From Phoronis australis (lineage: Eukaryota > Animalia > Phoronida), in the NCBI GenBank assembly GCA_002633005.1, contig NMRA01000003.1:2453159-2517158 (forward strand): a stretch of 64,000 nt of DNA, given 5' to 3'. Positions 26,701 through 38,700 of the stretch are shown here, one piece after another. Positions within the stretch are counted from its first letter, which is position 1. Every line of letters begins with the position of its first letter. Made by a program: the position numbers and the translations under genes. The notes beneath the pieces were generated by a model, which saw only the letters and a program-made list of their open reading frames with translations, was not told the origin of the DNA and did not search any database.

Positions 26701-29700
26701 TTTCCATCTAAGCAACACGTAACCCACTTAACTAGTAATGACTTGTACATAATATTTATATCAGGAACTGACAAACCACCATTTTCATGGGTATTTAAAG
26801 ACACATTTTTTCTAATTCTAGGTGGTTTATTTTGCCAAACAAAAATTTTTTATCATGGTATTTATCTTAGCTCTGCATCGCTGTCAATTCCTAAATTGCT
26901 CATAACATAAATTAATTTAGACAGCGCAAAATTTTTAATTACTGGGATCCTTCCTAACAATGAAATATTGTGATATTGTGTCTATGAAATTTGACATGTG
27001 ATGCTCATGAGGACAGTGCTACTGATGTTGATAGATGCAACCACAATAGTAATATTTGAAAAATGAATATCCTGATATTTTAACCTTTTAGAATGCACAT
27101 GACGTAGTGGCCCTATATCAAGGCTCTGCTTCTCTTGTGGTGACATTCTGCAATGCCTGATATCATGTTATCCTTAATAGCATAACTGCCATGTAGTTCC
27201 TGTGGGGGATTAATGTATTCCAATCCTTGATTATGCTTACAGATTACAGTTTGAGTTGCACCTGGTACTTATTAATGTTACATAAAGTCTAGCTGGGTTT
27301 AATCATAGCATTAGGACACCATTGTGCATTGTGCACCAATAATATTCAATGGTCATTTTCTCATATAGCAGCAACACATGGCCTCTCACACCGGTACATC
27401 AACAAAAAACTATCATAACAATGGTCTGTATTATACAATTATTGACTTTCACCAGGTCAATTTGTTGGTTTTCAGACCCCAAAAATGTGATAATGGCCAA
27501 GGCGGAGCTTAAGTCTCTCCTTAGAACACTTTTATTTTATATTAATTACATTCTCTAAGTCGAGGAAGGAGGTTATGTTTTATTGATCTTTTGATTATAT
27601 GTTGATCACTCAATCGGTGAGCTACTAGTATTTTACCCAAACTGTTATGGAGGAATTCTGAAATAATTACTTCCAAGAGGTGCTTGGAATGGACGAAGGG
27701 ATACTTGATTTTTGTTTTGGGAAAGGTAACATGCTTTGAGGTCATACAACAGTCATTCAACAAACGTCATTTGGTTATATCCATGAGACCACAATCTGTG
27801 TGTCAGAAGGGTGAGTCAGTGCACTCAAATGACGTGTATTTAGAGTTACTGAAAATTTTAACCTTGGAAAACAAACATTTTGTACAATTATAGCATGATG
27901 GTAGAACTACGATGCCTTGATGCATGTTTGCATTTACATGGTGGTTTATCGCAGTTGGTTAAAAACAAATGTGACGTCTCAATGCGGATGATATTAAAAG
28001 GCTTGAGGACTTTAGAGTTGAGTAATGTGCTGGTCACACTGATCAAGTTGAGGCCTGTGAAATGAGAGATCTTGACGTTTGAATGACGATGAGGTAATTA
28101 CAACATCAAGAAAAAGTTATGAAACAAAATTTAAAACATTGTTCCCTTAACAACGGTCAGTATTGCCATTAGTTGTCTCTGAAAGATAAAACTGGTTTAT
28201 AACTCCATATCTGTATTATATTACAAATTACTGAATGTGAATGGTCCCTGCTGAATGTAAATCGTGTAATTAATCATGCCCATTTTGGAGAGCATTGTCT
28301 GTCAAACATATCGTGCAGTGGTCTTTGTTTGAATTATGTTTTCCAACCGTACATTTGACAGGCAACTTCTCTTTTTACCTGCAGTCGTTATAACTGCTTG
28401 TACCAACATATTAAACCGGGGTATACACCTGATTCACACAGTCGCCATTTTAAAAGTGAGCCTCTTTTTAAGTTTTAAAATGAATGCATTCTGTACTTAA
28501 TCACAACGCAAAGCGTGATTTTTTTTCGCATTCCTAATTTTATTTATGTCTCAAATGCATTGCTTTTTTAAACCTAAAAAGAGGCTCACTATTAAAATGA
28601 AGACTGCGTGAATAAGGTCTATGCTGTCTGTCAAAGTATGGAACCGATGTGAATTGTTGTCATGTTAACTTGTATTTCTTTCACAGATGATGATACCTGG
28701 GCAACTGTTGATGAGATTATCAGTGCTTGTATCAAGATGTTGAACAGCAAGAAAGTGTCCAAATATGGGCGTGATGTTGTCATGGAACTCCTGATAAAGG
28801 TCATCACTGCAGATGATGGCCTGAATTGGTCCAAGAAGTTCATTAAAACAGACGGTCAGTATAACACACAACATAATAAATGGAACAGGTTTTTTGATCA
28901 GTATCAAGAATGTAAATCGCGATCAAGGAAGGCACGAGATGTTATTCTGTGAATGATGTGTTTTGTTTCAATGGATTATATTTGAAGATGTATAATGATT
29001 ATAAATGTGTAAACTTAAGTAATGTCATGTACGACAAGTCTCCACTTGTGTAGCACACTCGTCTCATTTTGCACTTCCAAAATTATTTGGAAAAACACTA
29101 TAATTTTGTCCCTCGCTTCAACTAGGCTACTTGGTGGGAATTTCTTGTCATACCTTATTCGCACCAGGTCAGTTTTGCATTTCAATAAACAGCAACACAA
29201 TGACTGGTCATTAATTTTTGTATTAGACACATCTTCAACATTGCTGTGTTTGTAAGGTCTCAACACTGTGTATTCACTATTTGAGTCATCTACTTCAATA
29301 CAGCCAGATATCTCATGCTGTTGTAAACATGAGTTGAAAGGGGTGAGCATGGTGTAACTGAGAGTCACATGTTCAAAATAGTGTTTCACCAATGATGGGG
29401 TAAAGTACTCTTACGTGGATTAAGTTGTCATGATGCTTGGTTTCTCGGTTAAATTCCCACACCGCTCAACTATGAAGTCCATATATTCAGTTTATTAGGC
29501 ACGCCCTAACTCGAAAGTAATTAATATGTATTTAATTGATTTTGTGCAAAATAAGTAGAAAAGTACCATACACATCATTTTATTTCTGTAACCTGTTTGC
29601 GTTTAGAAATTCATAATGCAAAACAGTTGAAAATGATAAAAAATTTCAAAATGGCTCAAACTATATGTATGGCCTTGCAAGTTCATTGTTTCTTTGGCTG

Positions 29701-32700
29701 GCCACCAGGTGTCGCTCGGTTACTGGAGGTAGCTGGTGCTGTTGAACACCATAAAACAGTAGACATCACCAACAACTCCCGTGCCCATGCCTCTGTTCTA
29801 TTGGCTAAAGTCTATGACGATCTGCTTGGTGACAAAGACCGTGACGCCTTCCGGGATTCCTGCAATAAGTACTTCACGTAAGTTTGTCTTCAAAGGGTTG
29901 TTAACATAAAGTCACGTGGCAAGCTCTACAAATCTGACCTCCAAGGAGTCCTGCTGGAGAACATTAACAGGTTGCCAATTGGACTTCCAGATTTTGATTG
30001 GCATGTCATCTCGTGTTCTATTATTGTCTATCGCATGCGTTGAACTAGTTTGTTACAAAAAAATCCTCCGCGAGTGGCTTGACCAGTGGGACATGTTCCA
30101 CAATCTTTCACACGGCAATTTTCAGAATTAACTTGACAGACTTTGACAGGACCCTGTCGAACTCTGATAAACTTCGACATATTTCATCCCAGAATTGTTT
30201 AACAATAAAATAACACTCTGGTGCAGTAAAATATATTGTCAAACTTTTGCATGAGATATTCGATTATTGTACCAAGCAGCAAATTAAGGCCACCATTATT
30301 AAAAAACTACTTGACTGCTTATAGCTGGGATAAAACCACCAAAGGTAAATAATAAATAAATAGATATTGATATTTTCTTCTATGTTTCTGTGGTCAATTG
30401 CGTAATGAAATCATATTGCCTGCTGTTACATGATGAATTGCGTAATCTATGCAAATAATGGCTACGGTTATCTAAAATTCTGTATCTGTTCCTAACTGCC
30501 TTCGGAGTGGGGGTTGGGGGGGGGGCACTTCTTGATATTTGTACTCACCATGTTTTCATGAACTTTATCAATTTGCAAGCCATTACATCGTAAACCTGTA
30601 TCACAATATATAATTTATGAAAGTACTGTTTGACATTATTAATTTCGAATGCTCTCCCTGCCAGATACAATTAATGCAGATACAAATTATGCACGTGACT
30701 CAAACAATTGCAATTAATTACAAGGTATCCTCGATTCATGTAATTCATTCTGACTCTTATTTCCGGAAATGATAGTGTTGAGTTAATTCAGGACTATGTT
30801 ATCAAGGGGTGGAAACACTGTCTTTGTAAGTGTTTCTTAAGTTCCAGTTTCAAAAACATGGGTGCAAATATTGAAACAATCTTTTAGTGCCCTGTAAGAA
30901 AATTATAAGGAGGAACAGAATTTTAAGTAATGGCATCCTTTATTCGCAAAAATTATGCAAATGAATCATGCAGCAACCTGTAAACTTATTTTGTTAAATT
31001 AACTAATCGCATAAACATGGATACAATATTTATTTAACTGACGTGCCTGTAGTAAGCAGTTTTTTACCGTGAAAGCTATAAATTGAGAAATCGGAACAGA
31101 AACAGTCCACAACTCTGATATACACAGTCACTGAACTATACAAATTGCTGTGTGCATGTTCTGCTAAACTGTCCAAGTTCTCACAGTGATGTGTCACATA
31201 CTTTGAAGGTGGGTCTGTATCTGTTTATTACATATGCCACTTCAATGTCTTGAAAGAATTAAAGTTGGTGTAATTGTGCTTCACTAAGAACCAGATTTGC
31301 AAATATTACCAATCTAAGTAGGCTTTAACAATTTTAGTGGAAATGACCCCAACATTTTAAGTATGTCTTCTGACTGCCATTTGCAATCTTTTTATCAGAT
31401 GATCAAAATCATTTGACTGTTACAGCGACATGTTTGGAGACGACATTATGGAGTCTAAGTTAGAGGCCATCAGGTCTATCTCTGCTCTTCTTCAGGTAGG
31501 TGTTTATGCTGCGGGACATGGGGGATAACCTCAACCAGAGGGGCTGATGAAGGATAGGCCATCACAAACATAATTTTAGAATAGAATGCTGGTCCAACTG
31601 CCATGAATAAATGTGCGGTCTAAAATCCCATACACTCGCTGAATGTGCTTGGTGGATGAATCACTCCAGAGCAGTACTGCATCCTCTACACACTCCTACT
31701 GTGTGTATACATAAATCTGGCAGACACGGGTGTTCCAATAACTTTTTGAGCTAAGTCACGAGATTTGATTCAGGACTTGATGAATATTAAGCAATGCCAC
31801 ATTACTGCAAATAGAAGTTCAATACCGTATTCGCCGTAATAACCGCCCATGCCCTATAAGCAACCCCCACGCGTTTTCAGACTTTGCTGAAATAAGCGCC
31901 CAGTCCATGAACGTGTACATGCGAACAATGACGTACCTACAGTCCTAAAACTCGGCTACAGTAACGTCTTCAATTTATCAAAAAAATTTTGCACGGGTCT
32001 TCTAGACCACCAGCGGCACTGCTATGTTTGTATTTAGCCGTGACTTTACACTTCAAAGTAATGCAGCGCTTCAAAAACAACGCAACAGTGTTGCTAGGCT
32101 CTCGCGACGACCGCGTCCCACTATGGTCTGACCTTTCAGTAGACACATCGACTGTCTCATGAATAAAAATAACTCTGTGTTAAACGCACGTGGCCAGGAA
32201 GCGCGCGCTACATACACGAACCTGTCATCAAAGACATTAGTCGGGAACTATTCATTCATGAAACGCGTAGCATAGCATCGATAAGAAATGAATATTGGCA
32301 CTAATTTCCGACAATTTCTAATACTATAAAACATGTTTGCATTATTTTTGAGATGGATTGTTTGATTAACCATAATTGGTGTTTTTAAGCCGAATATCTG
32401 ATAAAATGACAACTGACAGTGAATGCTTACACACCCTTACACCGAAAAATAACTGTCAGATAGTTACGTACGCATCCAGCTACACGGCGACTAATATGGG
32501 CCTTGCCGACACAAATGTCGAACGTTTTTAGCACGAGACCGGCAAGTGCTGAATGAAACACGCTCTGGTTTAAGCCTACTGCTTAGTGTGCAAATTTCTT
32601 TAGACACGTTTAGGTAGTTGGATTGCGTGGCTCTGGCCAAAAGACGGTCTCTGCTTTGGCAAATGAACTCTGGTGACACGCACGCGCTCGCTTACTCGCA

Positions 32701-35700
32701 GACGAACTTCAAAACAAACGTCACGTGACAACAACATGTGTGTTCGTCCAGACATTTTTCTTGCCGTTTTGCCGATCATACTTGTAGATGGCACGATGTT
32801 GCACAGATTTGTACTTAAACCTGCCGTTAATCCAGACTCCACGGGAACTTAAATAATCTCCACTTATAAAACTTAATGAGGATTTCGGGTAATTTGCTTG
32901 AGTTGAAAAAATTTTTATTCAAGCATTGACGTCGCCGTATCAAAGACGGCGATTTCGAGGCAGTCAGTCGACGAGTTGTCGCCCTGGGATTTCAGCACAA
33001 TTTTCTGTAACATGATCGTAATTTAGCAGCAAAGTTTGATAGCAATGCACCACAGTTTTGTTGAAAGTCTTTCATAGATTACATATACGTCACAGCGTAA
33101 ATTTGATGAATCTTAGCTTCCGATTTCACCCGTTTCGGAAACCGGGTTTCAATCGCCTTGGGTTATAATAAGCGCCCCCCTGAACCGAACTTTTCTAAGC
33201 GCCCTGGGCGGTTATTACGGCGAATACGGTAAGTAATATAGGCTCTCCCGTGATATCTCAGGCGACCAGCAGTGGCGCTAGGCACTACGACTCCGTTTCC
33301 GTCGTCCGCTCCACTGTGCAATATAGAAATTTTTTTAAAGAAAATGGAATCTGAGTGATGGTGAAAAAACAGAAGCTGCTGGTAAGATGTCAATTTTAAT
33401 CGAAGCCTTAGTGAATCACTCAGAAAGTCATAATTCTCTCATTGTCAAACCTTAACTTAAGGCGATTTCCAACGCAATCCCGTCATTATTGCCAACACAA
33501 GAAACAGATTTGGACTTTTGGGCAATTGAAGACTATTTTAAATACAACAAATTTGTTACAAACTGATCGCACAAAATATAAAACATGTAATAAGCATTAC
33601 AAAAAGAAGGAGGTTTCGCGCGCAAATGCTGTGGACCATAAACAAGTAGGTCTCTTAGGTGTTAAATCGTGGTGGTGCAGTGGTGAAGCACGCGCGCTCT
33701 ATCCGCTAGGTCGTGAGTTCCAGTCTGTGGTACTTGCAGTTTTTCCTGGTTGACACCTTCTTTTTTCTTTTTTTTTGGCTTTTTTTCTTGGATAATACTT
33801 CGGGTATCAAGGAAAATGCTTGATTTTTAGAGGAAAAAACACAAAAATTTCCTACTCCCCTCCCGACCTCCCCCCATTCGGTGCTATGGTGCATCTACAA
33901 TCGTGCTTTGATCAAATGTTTACAGACAAAATGTTGCCCCCCCTTGTGAAATCCTAGATCCACCACTGCTTTAACTCTCAGAACTATCTTGTAACATTCC
34001 AAACTGAGATGGGATTCCATTTTCATTGTCGTACTCAAGTTGTAGGCAAGGTGTATATGCGCCATTTTAGTGTTGGCCTACCTCAANNNNNNNNNNNNNN
34101 NNNNNNNNNNNNNNNNNNNNNNNNNNNNNNNNNNNNNNNNNNNNNNNNNNNNNNNNNNNNNNNNNNNNNNNNNNNNNNNNNNNNNNNNNNNNNNNNNNNN
34201 NNNNNNNNNNNNNNNNNNNNNNNNNNNNNNNNNNNNNNNNNNNNNNNNNNNNNNNNNNNNNNNNNNNNNNNNNNNNNNNNNNNNNNNNNNNNNNNNNNNN
34301 NNNNNNNNNNNNNNNNNNNNNNNNNNNNNNNNNNNNNNNNNNNNNNNNNNNNNNNNNNNNNNNNNNNNNNNNNNNNNNNNNNNNNNNNNNNNNNNNNNNN
34401 NNNNNACAATCATCAATACAATCATCAATACAATCATCAATACAATCATCAATACAATCATCAATACAATCATCAATACAATCATCAATACAATCATCAA
34501 TACAATCATCAATACAATCATCAATACAATCATCAATACAATCATCAATACAATCATCAATACAATCATCAATACAATCATCAATACAATCATCAATACA
34601 ATCATCAATACAATCATCAATACAATCATCAATACAATCATCAATACAATCATCAATACAATCATCAATACAATCATCAATACAATCATCAATACAATCA
34701 TCAATACAATCATCAATACAATACTTAGTACAATCATCAATACAATACTTAGTACAATCATCAATACAATACTTAGTACAATCATCAATACAATACTTAG
34801 TACAATCATCAATACAATACTTAGTACAATCATCAATACAATCATTAATACAATCATTAATGCTTAATTTAACGAGTTAGAGTGATCTCCCACTTTCAAC
34901 ATTGTTAAGAAATTTTACAATATTATGTAATATTGATTCGTCACTTGATTTCATAATCTTTCTGAACATGACGGCGTTCTCCCGTTCAGTGACTTTACCA
35001 GACGTAGAGGGTTGTGAGTGTGGTGTGATAATGTAATAGCTTCTTTGTTAACTGCCAAGCACAGTCTTTTGTCTGGTATGACAACAGGCAGGCCAATTAT
35101 CTACCAGGATTATTACAGACCACATGTGAACACAGTCAAACCCAGAGCGAATTGTTATGTTCAGAAAGAATAGACTGTCGTAACTTCGGTTGTAGTTGGG
35201 CGATTTTGGCGATTAAAAAACTTAATATGATCACCATTTGACGAGGATTTCAGAAATGCTATTGATTTATGTTCAAATGTGTTATAACTTAGCTTTTATT
35301 TTTAACAGCACAGCCCAGTCAGGGTAGATACGATTTTATTCGTGATAAGGGCAATTGTTGAACAAAAGAGAGCTGGCCCTCCAATCATAAATGCCAGAGT
35401 GGAGTTAATCAGTAGTGTAAGATATTGGCTACAGGGGTCATCTTCCCAACTTGTTGTTGGGATATAGAATCGAACAAGTTGGGAGCAACAGGAAAACGTC
35501 GTAATGAAATTGCAGCAACCCAGGCTTACCTCAGGCAAACTAGCAAAAGTGGCATTTGCCTTCAATTTCATTCATGTCACTACATATGTATTCTTTCCTC
35601 ATAAGCTGCACCAAGGTAGTATTTCACCACTATCACCGAGTGATGATTTGAACATCTAAAACTTGCCAAGAATGTTCTGTGGGTTTTTTCTTAGCATTTG

Positions 35701-38700
35701 AGTTATACCTCTTGGAGTGAGAGTTTGCCATATTTGGATGAGCTTTTGGAAACGGAAAGGCACTGGACATTTCTTCATTTTACTCTTGTCTTGTTGGCTT
35801 ACTTCAGTTGAGCTGAATCTTGTACAAATTAGGAGCATGCTTCCCTCAGAATTGTATTGGGCTAATTTTTGTGGTAAATATCAAATTCTTTTTGTGAAAT
35901 ATGGCATGTTCCCATTTTTGGATGTGTTGTACGTTTTTGCGCCATCTAGTGGCCATTTTTATGATACAAATAAATGACCCTAAAAGCACACCATGATTTG
36001 CAATACATTCCTGGGCGCATTTCAATGCTCCGCGTTGCTCTTGTATGCTTATTTAACAACAAGTGTGATGTCTGAGAATCAGGATGATATAAAAAGTCTT
36101 AAAAGACTTTCTAGTTCAGGAACAAGCTGGTGGTGAATTAATGGCTCGCAAAACAGAAAGATCCCTGGATTGAATCAAGATGAGATCTACATTTACTAGG
36201 AAATCTTTAACAGGTGTTACCATAGTAGCAGTCAGTGTGGAAAGTTATCGACTCTGAAACGTTGAAGATGAGTTTATAATTTCGTGATTAGTCCAAGTTG
36301 TACAATAATCAATATAATTACTTTGAAGTTACCAATAAATTGCTTCATCGTTTATATATTGACACATTTGCTCCTCAAGGCTAATCTTTTGAGAAAAGCA
36401 CTTAACTTGTTATTAAACATTGCGTTGAATATGTTTTCTAAAGACCACCCATTTCACGTCTGCTTTACAGGCTAAAAATCGTGGGCAATCTAGTTGATTT
36501 CCTGGTTAATTAAACTTGTTACGAGTCAAGCAAGTCAGCTTGTTTAATGTTAACAATTATTGTTAACAAACTGATCCGATGACTAATCATTTCTTGGCAT
36601 TTTTCTCGTTCTGCTAGACAAGTTCTTAATGGATTTTGATCAATTGTGACTCATACTTTAATATTATTAATGGCGTAACATTCTTCGTTGTGCTTGCCTC
36701 AAGGAGTTCCATGTTCCATGTAGACAAATCTTCAGAAATAGGGCAGATTTATAAAAGGCAATGGAGTACAACCCCACCTACTAATTGTTTCAAGTTGTGA
36801 GATATTTTGTGACTGAAGTAAGTGCGGTTATCCCTCTGAAAGCTGCTTTGTATTGTGTGATTTCCTGGGAGCACTCGCCTTTGTCGTTTATTTGTGCCAC
36901 ATCAGTTTACTGAAGTAAACACATGACGGCATTCTGTCGTTCAGCAACTTTTCCAGACGTGAGGGGTTCTGAATGTGCGATAACATCTAGCTCTTTTGTT
37001 AACTGCCCAGCAAAGTCTTTTGTCCCGTATGACAACAAGCTGGCCAGTTATCTCCCAGGCTTCAAAGGGTTACTGAAAACTGGCAGAATGGATTGTCTCA
37101 ACTTCTGTTGTAGTTGAGCAATTTTGGTTATTCAAACACTAAACATGATCAACATTTGACAAGGAATTCAGAAATGCTATTGGTTTATGTTCAGATATGT
37201 TATTACTTAACTTTCATTTTTAGCAGCACAGCCCAGTCAGGCTAGATACGATCTGATCGGAGGTTAGAGCAATTATCGAACAAAAGAGAGCTGACCCTCC
37301 AACCGTAAATGCCAGAATGGAGTTAATCAGTCGTGAAAGATATTTGCTATAGGGGTGATCTTCAAAACTTGTTGTTGGGCTATAGAATCGAACAAGTTGG
37401 GAGCAACGGGAAAACGCCGTAATGATAGCTATCTATCTTAAATATATATTTTTTTCCCGTGGAAGAAACAGATTTCTTGGTGCAACATTTAGAGTTGCTG
37501 GTGCCAAGTGTTGCTAATGAATTCAAATTAGACCAAATTTGTATACGTAATGCATCAAAACAAATCATGAACTTCGATCTGATTACAAAAAAATCTCGAA
37601 AACTTTCTCTAACTATGGTTGCGGTGTCCCAAGGATAGTAGTGGTCAACGTTTTTTGGTTTCGTTTAAGTGACTGACTGTGTGTTTGTTGAAAAAATCAA
37701 CTGTGCAAAATCTCTTTTTTGTCTAGTTTCAAGCCCAAACAACTTGAAACCAATCACTAACGGTAAAAAAGAATGATTATTCATCAAATTTAGGGTTAAC
37801 ATGATTGTGGAAATTCCGTATAGCTTTTATGCTAATTACGTAAATGCAGTTTAAGCTGCAGACAATCCACAATGACTGGGTGTTCAAGTAACGAGACTTG
37901 TCATTTCTCAGATAGATAGATGTATTCCAGGTGTCTTTTTAAGACAGCGATGTGATATTGTTTCAGATTTCTACCGCATCTGTCCCTAGAACTTGTCATG
38001 CACTGAGGATACCTCCTGTCTGGTTTTATAAGTTGTTCCCTAATGGGATTCTAGTAGACTTGTGATGTGTAATTAATCATTTCTTTGAAAAAACCATTGA
38101 AATATCTTCGGTGCAATTAGTGGCAAATTGGCCAATTTGCTTTTATGATATGCCTAAAGTATAATTAGTTCATCAATCATAGCTATTCCTAGTTGCTTGT
38201 CAAACAACTTGCAAGCTTATGCTAAAAACAATCTGCCTACACATAGGTTCTCATATTACGTAAGTAGAATGTTTTGATTTCTGTCCTCATATCAACACAT
38301 AGGCAGATTAAGGCCCCCCCCCCCGTNGAAAAAACAGCAAACTTTCCTGGGCGGGAGGGGGTTTGCTCGCTCCCAACCTCCCCCCATTCGGTGCTATGCG
38401 CATCTACAATCGTGGTTGGCGCAAATGCTTACAGCCGGACAAAATGTTGGGCCCCCCCTTGTGATATCCTAGATCCGCCACTGCAACAAGGTGAACCGCG
38501 GATTGAAGACATGGGCTCTTAGGATGACCAAGCCTTTGGTCATTGGGTTGTTATGCTGTAATTTTTGTAAAGGGAGTGCAATCAGGATTAAGTGCAATTT
38601 CTGCAATGTAACTTGAGTCTTGTGCACACACAGCCTAACCCAGAACAAGTTGCAGTAGTGCAACTTGCCCCTCTCAGTGGACCGTCCACATGCGCACACA

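Noticed and set aside
33668-33730. tRNA gene
   Set aside because: Only a degenerate A-box/B-box-like pattern inside a TIR element.
34009-34867. Long ORFs (NHQY, INTI, IVLM repeats and poly-X)
   Set aside because: Artefacts of the N gap and a stop-free 12-bp minisatellite.
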